Positions 1 through 13,440 are shown, numbered from the whole stretch's first letter. The stretch: DNA of 63,967 nt, filler included, from Reclinomonas americana ATCC 50394 (GCA_048213135.1; 6 parts of 5 records of this genome joined end to end with filler, not necessarily neighbours in it); one strand, 5' to 3'. Translations and numbers: made by a program. Notes: generated from the letters alone by a model not told the origin.

Positions 1-344
1 CACACACACCCTTGATCGTCGGCCCATCACGCAGCGCGGACGAACGGCGCACTTGTTCGGGGGTTGCCGGCAGTCTGACCTGCTCGGCGGGTGGACGAGC
101 CGCCGCCGCCACCGCCGGTGCGGGTGACCCCGTCGCCATCACCGTCGCCGACGGCACCGGCGACCCTGTCGCCGTATTCGTGGACGGCAGCTTTGGCATG
201 CCTGGCACGGGCAACGGAGTGGCACGGGCGAGAGTTGACCCTCCCGCCGGAGGGATGACTCCAAATGCCGGTTTCGCAGGAGCCGCCACACCAGTCGCTC
301 CAGCGCCCGACTGCGGCGGAAACATCAACTTCTTGTCATGCGCC
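1..344 (-). CDS. Partial exon of an unknown Pro/Ala-rich protein
   Basis: Minus-strand open frame (..PKLPSTNTATGSPVPSATV..RDGPTIK) ending at donor AAG|GGTGTG/GTGTGT near position 10; cut by N gap. Confidence 0.4.
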
Positions 345-771
345 NNNNNNNNNNNNNNNNNNNNNNNNNNNNNNNNNNNNNNNNNNNNNNNNNNNNNNNN
401 NNNNNNNNNNNNNNNNNNNNNNNNNNNNNNNNNNNNNNNNNNNNNNNNNNNNNNNNNNNNNNNNNNNNNNNNNNNNNNNNNNNNNNNNNNNNNNNNNNNN
501 NNNNNNNNNNNNNNNNNNNNNNNNNNNNNNNNNNNNNNNNNNNNNNNNNNNNNNNNNNNNNNNNNNNNNNNNNNNNNNNNNNNNNNNNNNNNNNNNNNNN
601 NNNNNNNNNNNNNNNNNNNNNNNNNNNNNNNNNNNNNNNNNNNNNNNNNNNNNNNNNNNNNNNNNNNNNNNNNNNNNNNNNNNNNNNNNNNNNNNNNNNN
701 NNNNNNNNNNNNNNNNNNNNTCACTCGTGTGTCGCTGCTGGGATGTCGATGCTCATTTGTCGGCGCCAACA

Positions 772-3482
772 GATGCAGCGTCTGTTCGCGGTCCGCTGAC
801 CGATCTCACCCAGTTGTTTGACAAGTTGCGCGACGACACCGATGGCAGTGTGAAAAAGGTGAGAGCGAAGGGCGAGTGCTATCGCACGTCCGGTTGAATC
901 CCTGACATTGCACCTCGTGTACAGGCCTGCGCTGTGCTGGAGAAGTGCTGCAAGGACATGAAGAGTGGCGTGCCACCGGCCGAGGACCTTCCCCGACTGC
1001 AAGAGGAGGTGGGGGCGGTGCAGACAGACATGGTCGCGCTGAGGAAGCGGTCGGCGCGTCTCGAAAACATGGTGTGCGCCGTGCTCAACCAAAAGTCTCA
1101 CTGTTGCGTGTCGTCTCAGTCACGCGAGAGCACCTCTTTTTTTTTTGTATTGGCGGTGCTGACTCGCTGTTGCAGTGGAACGCCTTTCCGAGGCGGTGAT
1201 AAAGGCGGTCGCGGAGGCGCGAGATCCGTCGAATGCACCGGCCACGCGACCGCTCTCAGAGCCGCAGGCTGAGATGCGCAGCAAGATTGTGGAACGACTG
1301 CGGGTACGGCACAATCCATCGTCTCGTCTGGCTTGTGGTTGCTGTTGTTTGACATTGTTGTGATTGCTGTTTCGGCAGGCGGTGAAGCGCCAGGTTGACA
1401 ATGTGCAAAGTTGGCTGTCGGCCACAACACAGGAAGCACAACGAGCGTCGAGTGCCGCTTCCGGCGACTCGATTCCGCAGGTGGTTGTGCTTGTCGAGAC
1501 GGCCAAATTGCAGTACGAGCTCGCCTCGCGCAGCGCCGAGGTTCTTGACAAGCTGCACAGTCAGTCTCGCAGAGTTGCGGTGATAGACGGCTTTGCGAGG
1601 GGTTTATCTCGTGTCCACGGTCTCTGATCTCCTCGTCGATGCAGGTGGCCGAAGGTGTGCTGAGATCGGCGCGTGGATCGATGGCCCCGAGCATCCGTGA
1701 CCGGCAAGTGCCGGTGGATGTGAAACCGCGTGAGGCGCCGGCGTCGTCTGCGAAACGGTCGGCCGCAGGTGCCCATCGAACTACGGCGGACAGCGTTCGA
1801 CGCACGGCATTGCGGACGCTGCTCGAGAACAGGCGTGCCGAGCAGCTTCGTGTGGCGGCGCAACCAAAGCCGCTACCGGCGGGTGCCACTGCGTTGCTGG
1901 CGGCACCTGCTGCGGCCGCCGCCTCGGCCACGCCGCCACTTGCCCTGGTACCGAATCCGCTGCGTAATGCACCGGCGGCTGCCGTGGTGGCGGCTCCCGC
2001 GGCAACAGCCACGACGACAACGACGACCACTACAGCAATCACGAAACCAGCAACGACCACGGTGACGACAGTGAAGCCCCTGGCAACTCCACTGGCCAAG
2101 CCGCTGGTGGCGCCGGCCTCTGCCGCCGCCGCACCAGCACCATCGGCCACTGTCACCGTCGTCAAGCCGGCAACGTCACCATCCCCGTCGCCCTTGCCGA
2201 AACCAGCAGTAGCGGTAACGCCTGCGTCGGCGTCACCGACTCCCACACCGCAGCCCGTGTCCACTGGAGCAGCGGCAGCCGCACCAGTAAGTACGGCACC
2301 GGCCGCCAAACCGCCTCTGTCGAGCTTTGCATTCGGCAAGCCGAACGTGCTAACTGGCGGCGTTGCCAAGCCGCTGTCCGCAACAGCAAGTGGCACACCA
2401 CCTACTCTCAAGGCGTTCCCGGCGGCCACGCCCGTGACACGGTCACCACCGACCACAGCGCCGACTACTCCAGCCATTGTTAGTGTGATTGACGAGAGCA
2501 AGGCGCCATTCAGTCCGCAAGATGCGACTGCGGGCCGTCGCGTGAATGGCGACGGTGAGCAGAACGCGGCACCGGCATCCACTCCCTCGCTGCCGCCGCT
2601 GCCAGCCGATATTGACGACGACGCAGAGTTCGACGCCGTGCTCGCCGCAGGTGACGCCGACAGCATGTCCGCAGTACCTGGTGCGTAGTTTGTTGTCTTT
2701 GTCTCGACTTACGCGTTCTCTGACTCGTTTGTCGGATAATAGCTCAACCGATCAAACCTCCGTCGACGACGACCACCAAACCCGCTGGCGCGCTCAGTTT
2801 CGGCGGTCTCTCACTTGGTGGCGCTGCAGGCGGCGGAAGTGCGTCGCGGGGAGCACTCAGCTTTGGAGGCAGTGGTGGTGCTGGTGGCAGTCAGTTCCCC
2901 TCGGTAGCTCGCGGTGCTTCAGCCACTATTGCCAGTCCGCTGTTCCCCAGTGGCGCCGGGCGGGGGGCTGGTTCTCTTGCCTCGCCACCGGCTGCTGGCG
3001 GCGCTTCCCCTGCCACCGGCAAGGCGTTTGCTTTCGGCCCGTCAAACCCGCTGTTGGGCGGAGCAGGCCGATCAGCTGCGCCGCCAGCTCAATCGGGCGG
3101 CTTGTTGCGACCACCGACGTTCAGCTCCTCGGCAGTGCCCGGTGTGCAACCAGGAGGTGGAGGAGGTGGTGGTGGTGCTGCTCCCGCAGCGCAGCCACGA
3201 TTCGGCAGCAGTACGTTTGGCGCTGCGGGTGGTGGTGGTTTTGGCTCGAGCACGTTTGGCACCAGCACGTTTGGTGGCAGCTCATTCGGCAGCGGCGCTC
3301 CGGGCGCGTCGGCGAGACCAGTGGGCTCTTTTGTTGCGTTCCGCCACTTTGTGGAGTCACAACAACCATGTCGCCCATCATTGTTGTTGTTGTTGTTTCA
3401 CTAGGGAGGAGGACGGGGGACTGCCAATGCGTTCTCCACACTGGCCAGTGCTGCAGCACAGCAGCGACAAGCCGAGCAATAA
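772..3482 (+). CDS. FG-repeat nucleoporin-like protein (coiled coil + Pro/Ala/Thr linker + SFG/xFG repeats; Nup214/Nup159-like C-terminal half), 5' partial, multi-exon
   Basis: Spliced coiled-coil exons 772-1573; low-complexity exon 1646-2680 with FAFG; exon from 2742 with many SFGG/TFG repeats; likely last exon GGGRGTANAFSTLASAAAQQRQAEQ* ending 3482. Confidence 0.6.
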
Positions 3483-3553
3483 TGACACAACTGAGAGAAA
3501 TATACAGTGTGTGCAAGGAATTGGTTTATTTTCTTCTGTGTGTCTCCCTCCAA

Positions 3554-4361
3554 TCACATGTCGTCTGACACGGGTTCCGCTCGCTCCACGTCACCATCCT
3601 CCAGATCATCGGCAGCGACCGCATCGCCCGCCATTCCCTTTTCTACCACCACCACCACACCGCTCATGCGCGTGCCACTGGACGGCTTCCTATCGGCGTG
3701 GAAGCAGCGGCGGCACACGGCGACGTACTTGTCGGCGCCACCAATGACCTCCACCGCACAGTCGCTGACAATGCGCTTGGAGAAGTGCGCGTCCTCGCCA
3801 CACGACATGCACACGGCAGTGAGCTTGACCACTGCCTCGGCCATTGGCAGCAGCTCCAGCACAGCACCGAATGGCTTTTGCTGGAAGGTGCCATCGAGCG
3901 CGGCCACAATCACCGTCTTGCCGAGGTTGGCGGCCTCGTCGCAGAATGACACCAGATCGGGGAAGAACTGACCCTCATCGATGCCAATGCAGTCGTGCGA
4001 GGCCACCAAGTGCGCTGCCTCGCTCAGTCGCTCACACGGGAACGCCGAGTACAGTTGTCTGTTGAGAACAGAGAGCGAGTGTGAGGTTTTCGCGCGCGCG
4101 CATCGTATTCGCATCATGACGTGTCTGCGCAACTGGTCGTGCGTGGCCACGCAGTCGTCTGAGTACCGCACATCGCGCTTGTACTTGAGCACAAGACACT
4201 TGCGACGCGCCAGTGTGTGTCGCTTCACACGTCGCAAGAGCTCAGTCGACTTGCCAGCGAACATCGGGCCCAAGATCAACTGTGTGTGAGCGTGTGAGTG
4301 AGTGCGTGACAAAGAGAGAGTGTGAGAAGTGGCGCGAAACTTCAACACTTCCACGATCCAT
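3554..4361 (-). CDS. TK1: Thymidine kinase (TK1 type), 3 exons
   Basis: MDRGSVE|LILGPMFAGKSTEL (P-loop), IGIDEGQFF, ALDGTF, Zn-binding C-x2-C, IGGADKYVAVCRRCF; intron donors at 4340 (GTTTCG) and 4133 (GTTGCG). Confidence 0.95.
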
Positions 4362-4496
4362 GATTGGCGCGCTCGAAAGGGTTTGCGATGTGTGTGAGTG
4401 TTTGCGTTGATTTTGGCGCGCGCGGGCGTGGACAAACCACAATGCATTTGTCTATTGTCCCGTTGTGTTGTGCTGCGTGCAGTGAAGGGCACACAC

Positions 4497-7400
4497 ATGG
4501 AGCGTTTCATCCTTCTGTTTATCAAAAAGTACCTGGTGAGCATTGCATGCGTGCATGAAAAGAAAGAGTGGAGAAATATGTGATTGTTAATTTGTCCGAT
4601 GACTTTCTCTCCCTCTCCCCGCCCCTCTCTCACACACACTCATACACTCACACCATTGCCTTGTTGTGTGTGCGTGTGACGACTTGCGCAGGTGGTGTTC
4701 GTCAAGGTGCGGGACATGGCGAGGATGCGTGTCTTGCGCTCTCTCTCACTGTGTGTTTTCGCGCACAGAACTTTCACCGTGACCAGTTCAAGTTCTCGCT
4801 GTTAAAGGGACAGACGCAATTGACGGGTCTCGGTCTGTGAGAATGCTGCTGGGATCATTTTTCCTTGTTTGTTGTTGTTCATTGCGGCAATGTGGCAGAA
4901 CTCAATGTGCATGTGATCAACGACTTATTACGAACCGCGGGCCTCGGGCAGTTAGCTGTAACGCGGGCCTACATTAACAAAGTCGTCGTGCATGTTGCGT
5001 CTTGAGGCGCCTGTCGATCAACAAGAAGCTGGTGTTGAATTGCAGCGATGCAGGTGTCGGTCACCAAGCTCAAGAGCAAGCCGCTGTACTTGGCCGTCGA
5101 TCAGGTGGAGATTGAGATCGAGGAGACGGAGACGTGGGAGAAGGGCAAGGGGCTGCTCAACAAGCTGTTTGGTCTCGACAAGAAGAAGAAGAGGTGAGGC
5201 GACTGCACAGCGATCGGTGGCCTGTGCGTGTGCTGAATGTAGTGTTCGACTGGTGCAGCGACAAGCCCAAGCCGCACAAGTATGATCTCGGCGATCGCAT
5301 TGGAGACGGCATTGCGCTGAGTGTCAATCAGCTGTCGCTTGGCGTGCAGTTCGGGAAGCCCTCACTCGGCATCAATCGGTGCATTTTGCTACATGATCAT
5401 TGCGTCTCGTGTGCCTGTGGCCACTGACCGCGTGTGTGCGTGTGTGTGTGGGGACCACAGACCTGCGCGCCTGGTGGTGGAGCTGGCGGGCATTTCGATG
5501 AATGCCACGAACTGCCGATGGGAGGTGGTGCCGCTGAAGGAGTGCATCCCCAACGTGACGAAGCGCATGGAGGAGATGTATGTGTTCAAGGTTGCCAAGG
5601 TTGAGCGACTGCGGGTGTATTTGACCACGCAGTCGCGCGGTGTGCTGTCACTGGTGGAGCACCTAGGAGCGATCATTCGCATCGCCATTCGCAAGAAGGT
5701 GCAGGATGTGGCCGTCATCTCCACCAACATTGATGTGATTGTCGACCTGGTCAACGTGCGCATCGACGCACGCACCATTCTCGAGCTCGGCTGCCTCATG
5801 TCCTACGTTGGACTCGCGTTCCTGCGGAAGCCTCCATCGGCCGCTGGAGGCGCGGTGGGTCGCGTTGGCGGAAGCGCAGTGGGATCATCGTCGGAGGAAA
5901 GGTGCGGTGTGGCAGTTCTTACAATCCCTCGAATGTGTGACGTGAACTCGCTCCCGACACAGTGGCATGCTTGCTGGATCATCAATGGAGGACGATGACA
6001 TGCGGGCCATTCAGGAGGCGCTGGCAGTGGACGAGGTGCGATGTCGTATGCAATGTGAGTGCTGAAGCACTGCACCTGTTGCTCATTACGCTTGCAGGAG
6101 CTGGGCATGATTGGCGACACGGACTCGGTGATGGACACGGAGGTGGAAGATTCAAGTAGGGTGCGTAGTTGTGTGCACGTCCACACCTGCATGATGTGAT
6201 CTCATGTTGAGCTTCACAGGCCGTCGACGATCATTATGTCCCCGATTACGGTTCCGATGTGGTGCCGCCGCTGGTGGCCAACGTGTTTGTCGACAACGTC
6301 TCGCTGATGATGGTGGAACCGTCGGTGGGCGATGTGGTGTTTGGCGTCACAGCGAGAGATATTAGGGTGCGTCGTTTGGTTCATATTTCCGCTCGTGTTT
6401 CCCTTGTCCTGAGAGGTCTTTACAGTTATCTGTGATTCAAGTGGACGCTGAATCAGCACCCGTGATGCAAGCAATCATTCCCGAGTTCACGCTCGTGGAC
6501 ACGCAGCCGGGCGCGAATCACTTCAAGGTTCACACAGCGGAGGCCGAGGAACGGGATCGTTGCGTGTGCCTCGCCTTGTTGTACAGACTTCCCGCTTGCT
6601 ATTGCTCGACTCACCGTCAGTGGTCTCGCACAGCCACATCAAGGGAAGTACGCGGAGCGTTGTGGCCTCGCTTCCAGCGCTACGATTTGCCTTCGTGGAT
6701 CGAGGCGCGCGCCTTTCCCGGTGCGTCGGCTGTTGTCCGCTCTCCCGTGTTCCGTCCACTGATTGCTTTCTCCGCACAGAATTCCGTCGGCAGGGTCTGC
6801 GTCTGCGCTTTGTGTTGGAGCCGCCACCAAAGGACAAGATTGTCGAAGTACACCTTTACAATCTGGCGGTATGTGTGCGAATGTGTGTGCGTGCGAAGCG
6901 TGTGTATCGCTCACGGTGTGCACAGGTCGACATCAATCGATCACTTCTGGAGACTCTGGTGACCATGGCGCGTGGAGTGGTGGCCATGCTGCCGGACTAT
7001 CTGTTTGCCACTGGCTTCCCACCCTTCAAGCTCGACATGCAAGTGCATCTGCAGGTGGACGAGTTCAAGCTGCGCATTCTGCCGTCCACATTTTTCGAAA
7101 ACTCCCCGCCGCTGGAGATCGACGTCTATGACTGTGCGTTGCTCCTGCATACACACACACGCATGACACCATTAAGTGTCCCAGCTGTGATATATGACGT
7201 GCTGTCACTGCAGTGATTGCCATGATCAATCCTCATCTGGAGCTCGACACTATTCCGTTTGACGAGGCCTTTACGGCGCACCAGGTCGCGCTCGGCTCCA
7301 TCAAGGCTCCCGAAGGTGCGTATCTGTGACAACTGTTGCGTGCGGTGAGTGCGGATAGCTCATGCGCAAGTGCGTGCAGTGTCACCCAAGGCGCGCGAAC

Positions 7401-10335
7401 GACTGGATGCGCAGCGCCACACGCTGCAGATGATGGCCGCCAACTTGTGGGGCATCCACACGCTGAAGGCCAAGGTACTACTGTGCGCAGCTCACTCGCG
7501 TGTGCCATTGGCAGTCGCGCTCATCTGCGTCCTTTGCCAGGTCTCGTTGATGGATTTGCAAGTGCGACTCGGCGACCAAGACGGCAGCTTGGTGCATCTG
7601 TTGCTGCCGCTTTGCCTTCGCGCTCAGGCGGCTGTGCAGCTGGACACTGGGGTACGGCGTCTCTAGTGTGTGTGTGACTCGTATTGTATTCTCTGCTCAT
7701 TTGCCACCACCACCACGCAAGATCTCTGTGTTTTACCAAGCACTGGCCTCGGTGGAGATGACCGCAGTGCAGGCCACGATGACGGAGTGGCAGTTTCGTG
7801 TTTTTTTGCATTCAAGGGGAGACTGCCTGTGGTGATTGTACTTATTTCTCTGTCTCACAGGATCTCGCAACTGGAAAATGTTGTCAAGGGTCTGCAGGCC
7901 ATCATGGAGCCGCTGCTGTCGGCCGTCGAGGCTGCCGCGTCGGCTCGAAAGGCAGCCGCCGATGTGCCACAGTCGCCAGAGGTAGTGTCGTCGTTTGCCT
8001 CCGCCGCCGCCACCATGACAGCTGCACTTCTCGGACCATCGCCACCGCCACCACCGCCCCCAGAGCCCACCGGTCCGCCACTCGTGGGTCTGTGACATCT
8101 TTATTGTTGTGTCTTTGGCTTGTCACTCTGTAGACTCACTGTGTGTGGCGTGTCGCAGAGCTCATCATGAACAAGTTTATTGCCACGGTGTTTATTGAGA
8201 GGCTGAGTGTGGAGCTGCCGCGCATGCTGCAGGTGGTCGACGTGCAGCTGCAAAGCATTCACGCGACACCGTTCCAGGTGGTGGCTGAGAGGTGTGTTGC
8301 TCATTCTAATGAGGTGTTCGAAATATTGCCACTCACTGCGTCCGAGCAGGCACGGCCCTGGAATGTTGCCACAGGTCGCTGTGCGCACAAGTGTGGATCT
8401 CGGTGTGGGGAACCACAAGCTGGAAGTCTCGGTGTGTGTGTATGTGTGTCTCTCTCTCCTATACTGAATTCCCTGTCTCCAACTCACGCTTCACTCTGCG
8501 GGTATCATCGTGCAGCTCCTGGAGAGCGAGTCGCTGCGCTCGTCGGGAACTGGCATGGGCCGAATGGCGTCACAATCGGCGGCAGCGCGCAACCCAGACG
8601 AAGAAGTCGATCGCTTCCTCTTGCGCCTGCGCAGTGCCATCGACGAGGCCAAGAGTGTGACGGCGGACTTGCGCGAGGCCATGAATTCGCTGCCGGGTGC
8701 CCTCCCCAATGGCGGGAGCAGTCACGACGATCTCTCCATGTTGTCCGAGGCCACAGAGACCAGCAGCATGAGCGGCTCGTCTGGCAGCGGCCGCCACCTG
8801 CCGACGTCACCGGGCGGTATTCCCGGTGGTCCCCCGAGGTCGCCCGTGTCGCCGATGCCGCCGACTGTGGAGCAGCTCACTGCTGGTCCCTCGAGCTGGT
8901 TGCAAGACATTGTGCTGCAGGGCACCTTCCTCAAAGAAGGTGCGTGTGTTTTTCTTGAAGCCAACTGCCACTTCCCGCGGGTGTGATTCACCCGTTGTTG
9001 CAGGCTCACGTGTCAAGTCGTGGAAGAGTCGGTACTTTATCCTGAGCCGCAAGGCGCTGTTCTATTTTGAAGACGAGTCGGTGAGTGACTTCGTGCTCGG
9101 TGATGATGAGTGTACGCGCTTTGACTAAGCGTCTGTGGTGGCACAGTCGTCCAGATCGGTCTCTCGGAAGCCGCTGGGCGTACTGCTGCTGAATGGCGCG
9201 TCGCGTGCAGTACGCGACCTCTCGAAGGAGCACCAGAGCAAGAAGCGTTTCGTGTGCTTCTTTTTGTGTGCAGCGTTCGTTCTTTTCTCACACTCTCTCG
9301 CAGCGTACGTGATTGCCATCACGTCGGGAGATCGCACAATGTTTGTGTCCATGGAGCGAGAGGGCGAGATGCAGAGCTGGCTGCAGCGCATTCACATTAT
9401 CGCAGACTCCATCGGCCGCCAGGCGTTGATCAAGGTGAGCAGTTGTGGTCTTTGCTTTTCTTTTGTTGCTGCGCGCAGCGCGCTAATATATCGATTGCAC
9501 AGCCGACGACCCCACCCGAATCGCACCACCACCACCCCCATCACCATCATCATCACAGCGACCTTCCGTCCGACACGGCCACCCGCTTGGTGAGTCCCTC
9601 TGTGCGGCAGCCTGTTGTCTTTTGCATCGTTTGATGCTGATGTGATGACAGGCCGATTTGCGCGTCAACATGCTGCGTCGGCTGGAGCAACTCGAGCACA
9701 CCATGTCCAGCATGCAGCACAGTGCCGCTGGCCTGCGTGTCGTGTCGAGTTGCGCACGAACTGTCGCAGACTGCCTTGTCATCATTCCGTTCCTCACCCG
9801 CGACGGTCGCAGAGTTGCAATCGGCCGGTCGTGCACAGGAAGCGAGTGGAGCGGTGCTGGCCGACGTGCTGTCACGCCTGCCGTTTGTCACCGATCCCAC
9901 CGACGACGCCATGATTGCGCTGGAGCGACAGTACGACCGGCTCGGCGACTCGGTGGTGCGTCGTCGTCGTCGTCGTCTTCCCTCTCCACTTTCGCTCCCT
10001 CACATCCACCACCACAGCACGGCACTCCACCGCTGCACGTTGTCATGTCATCACCAGCCTTCGACTCTCCCTCCTCCGTCACGTCCTCGGTGCGTTGTAC
10101 ACACACACCCCGCCGCATAGCCCGATCGCTCATTCGCCGCGCACAGCATTCCCACGCCCTCTCAGCCGGCGGCCGCCCACGCAACGCCTCCTTTGGCGAA
10201 CTCTCCGTGGGCTCCGAAGACGGCTCCCTCAGTGCCCTCTCCCAAGCCGTGGCCGATCGCGACGCTCGACTCGCCGCCGCCGAGCGACGTCTCCAGCAGC
10301 TCGAAACATCCTCCGCCTCCGACGATCGACCATAA
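4497..10335 (+). CDS. Bridge-like lipid transfer protein, BLTP3/UHRF1BP1/SHIP164-like (Chorein-N start), with C-terminal PH domain and coiled coil; >20 exons
   Basis: Spliced N-terminus MERFILLFIKKYL|VVFVK|NFHRDQFKFSLLKGQTQLTGL|ELN..AVTRAYINKVVVH|VSVTKLKSKPLYLAVDQVEIE resembles the BLTP3 Chorein-N region; PH motif LQGTFLKEG|SRVKSWKSRYFIL..EMQSWLQRI at ~8915-9395. Confidence 0.75.
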
Positions 10336-10425
10336 TAACACACACACACAAGCGCACACACAAACCATGCTTCATTCTCACTGGCTGCTGCTTGCCTCCG
10401 ACGACNNNNNNNNNNNNNNNNNNNN

Positions 10426-11208
10426 CGCTTGTACGAGGCCCACGGCTGCGGCTCCAGCACAAAAATCCCGCCCGCCGGCAACGACCGCTCCACGCGCGAA
10501 AAGAACGCCAGCAGGCCCTCGTCGCCATAATTCAAATGAATCCACTTGCTCGTGCTAAAGCACGTAATGAGATCATACTGCTCCGTGGGATCGACCGCCT
10601 CCTGCACGACATTCTCATGCCGAAAGCGCACACAGTACGGATACTCGTCGGCCGGTCGCTCGGTCATGAGTTGCGCCACTCGCGAGGCATTCGGTCGCGT
10701 CATGCGACGCAGCGTCAACTGGAACGACAACGGCAGTCGGCTCAACGCCGCCGCCACGTCACTCGCCATGCCCTGCGTCTCCTCGGCGGTGGCAATCTCG
10801 CGCTTGAGCACATTATGCGCGCGCGACACCAGCGACTCGTCAATGTCAATGCCGACGCACAGACGACACTGCAGCTCGCGTGCTGCATGTGCCCTCAGAA
10901 GGTGAGCGCGCGCGTGGGAGGACACAGTGTGACGAGAGCAACGCACCCAGCATGCACGTGACAACGCCCGAGTTGCAGCCAATGTCGAGCATGCGACACC
11001 GTCGCAGTCGCTCGCCCACTGCATCGCGAACAACTTGCACGCGCGGGTCCAGCTCACAGAATCCATCAAACCGATAGTTATAGTAGCCTGTACGTGCCTC
11101 GTTAAGTGACACGCTCAGCTGTTGCACGTGTGAAGCAAAAGGCGCGCACCTGGGTAATTGCCAAAGCGAAACAACAAGTGATTGCTCTTGCTGCGACTTC
11201 TTGTCTCC
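10426..11208 (-). CDS. Bin3/MEPCE-type RNA 5'-phosphate methyltransferase (ends lost in N gaps)
   Basis: FGNYPG|YYNYR, LDIGCNSG (SAM motif I), GIDID, SKWIHLNYGDEGL, GGIFVLEPQPWASYK, all Bin3-family signatures. Confidence 0.9.
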
Positions 11209-11279
11209 NNNNNNNNNNNNNNNNNNNNNNNNNNNNNNNNNNNNNNNNNNNNNNNNNAAAATGACAAGCAACAACAACA

Positions 11280-13261
11280 CTATGGCCGACGAGTGGTAGT
11301 AGGTGTGTCCTCGGCAAAGAAGCTGCTGGGCTTCTCAGCAAACGGCGTCGGCTCGGGGCCCGGATCGTCGGCCAGCGAAAAATCGGTGGACATGCCGACG
11401 CCGGCCGTGGTGGGCGAGAAGAGATGTGCGGCGGCGTCGGCAAGACCGAGTCCTTGCGATGGCACCGTGTTGGTGGTCGGCGAGGCCAGTTCAGCCGTCT
11501 GACGCCGTGCGGCCGCTCGCGTGAGAGTGCCGGGCGACGGACCACTGACCGGCCCTTTCATCGGCTGCGCACGGCCATGTGGACCCGGCACCGCAATGCT
11601 CAGCCCCAACGACGGCGCACCAAGCGCGGACACCAGCGTGTTGGAGCGCTTCACTGGCGGCTGCCCATTGGCAGAGCCGCCACCCATCGGCTCGCCATTG
11701 CGCTTGCCGAGCACACTCTCCGCCAGCATGGACGAGCTGCCGCTGGCCGACGGCGTGTCGCTGCCGGCGCTGCCAGGGAACGACGGCCGCGCAGATTCGG
11801 CGGTGGGCGTCGGCTGTGGCGTAAACGGCGCAAATAGGACATTGGCCAGCACCGCCGCCGCCTCGGCATCGCTGACCGGCTGCTCATACGACGAGGACGA
11901 CGAGGAGGTGGCGCCATACGGCGCCGGCTGCCGACCACCGCTACCGCGCCGTGCATTTGCGCGAGTTGTGCGACGGCCACCCACCGCGTCGCCATCCACG
12001 AGCATCCCATCGTCGAGCGCATGATCGCCATTCACCCGCATGGGGGCGACCGCACCATTCGCAGCACCAGCAGCAGAAGCACCACTACTGCCGCCGCTGA
12101 CGCCGCCGTACCACGGAGCGACGGCGGCACCTGGCGTCTCGGCCGCCGGCATCGCCGCATCCTCATCCTCCTCCTCCTCGTCCTCTTCCTCCTCATCTTC
12201 GTCGTCGTCCTCATCGCTGTCGGACGACGCACGACGTCTCCTCGAGCCCTTACCGGCAGGCTTGCCGCGACCCTTCTTCCCACGCGTGGAGGCACGAGTC
12301 GGGGCCGGACGCGCCGCCGCCGCAGCACTGCCCAACAAGCCCAACGGCATCTGCGGCTGCGGCACCTGCTGTTGCTGCTGCGGTGGCATGGCATACGTGG
12401 CCGGGATCACACCGCCATACGGTGGCGCCCCCGGTGGCGGTGGCGGGTACGCTCCCGGTGGCGGTGGCATCCCGTACATGGCTCCGGGTGGCATACCGAA
12501 CGGCGGCATGCCAGCCGGCGGTGGCGGTGGCATGGGCATTCCACCAGCCAGCTGCACCACAGTTGATGCTGATGAGCACAGAGAGGGACAGAGAGGTAAA
12601 AGAGTGACGGACCTCATTGGGCGCCGGTGCCGCATAATAGTGCGAATTGTGCGCCACAATGCCGGCGCGACGCGACGACAGGTCATCGTAGTCGCCATTG
12701 GTCTTGAACTCGTGATCGCTGACTCGATCGCGCAGCCACTTCTCCATCATTCCGTTCGGATTGCCCGTGGAACAGTACTCAAACAGCCGTCCGCTCTCAT
12801 TGTACACAATCAGCTGCACCTCGGCGTCGCACAAAATCGACAGCTCCATCTGTAAAGAGAAAGAGAGTGTGTATGAGTGACTTTGCGCGCCTTATTTGGG
12901 CCACTGCACGGAAACGCAACAGCCTTTTTCACAAGTCCATCCTGTTATGTGCGTGTGAGGGAAGAGAGAGACAAGAAGAGTGAGTGATATATATACACAT
13001 GCGCGGAAGGTTTGCGCGTTGCTCGGGAGCGGAAAGCGCGCGTGTATAAGAATAGCATATTGCAGACAAAAATGAAAAGATGACAGCCGCACGACAGCAT
13101 CTCTTCTCACTCTCTCTGTACACGCACACTCGCACTCTTCCTCTCTCTCTGTCTCTCGCTCTCTCTTTATACACACTCGCTCATACCTTGCGCTTGCGGA
13201 AAGTTACAGTGCGCGACTTCTCATCGTCGATCCGCTGAATCGTAATCTTCTTGCGTCCCAT
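11280..13261 (-). CDS. MADS-box transcription factor (MEF2/SRF type) with low-complexity C-terminus
   Basis: MGRKKITIQRIDDEKSRTVTFRKRK|DGLVKKA|MELSILCDAEVQLIVYNESGRLFEY; 21-nt middle exon followed by a GTTGCG donor at 12920. Confidence 0.93.
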
Positions 13262-13440
13262 TGCAAAGACACACGCAGAGAGCACTCTCCCCCGAGCAAG
13301 TGCACAAATAGCAATGGAGAATGGATTCCACACGCCCAGCCGACCAACGGATCAACGATGCATCTCACTCACTCACGTCGCCTCTTTGCCTCCTTCTCCT
13401 CTTCATCGCCAGCATCAGCATCACACATTCCACTCATCCT

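Noticed and set aside
1116..2666. Long antisense/shadow ORFs in the ORF track (e.g. 1116-2666 -, 12040-12855 +, 26299-27342 +) and ORFs running through N
   Set aside because: By-products of GC-rich coding sequence on the opposite strand, or of untranslatable gaps.
4072..4133. Reading the atypical donors as AG|TT (TT-AG introns)
   Set aside because: Frame and conserved residues are restored only when the cut precedes the G, so they remain GT-AG introns.
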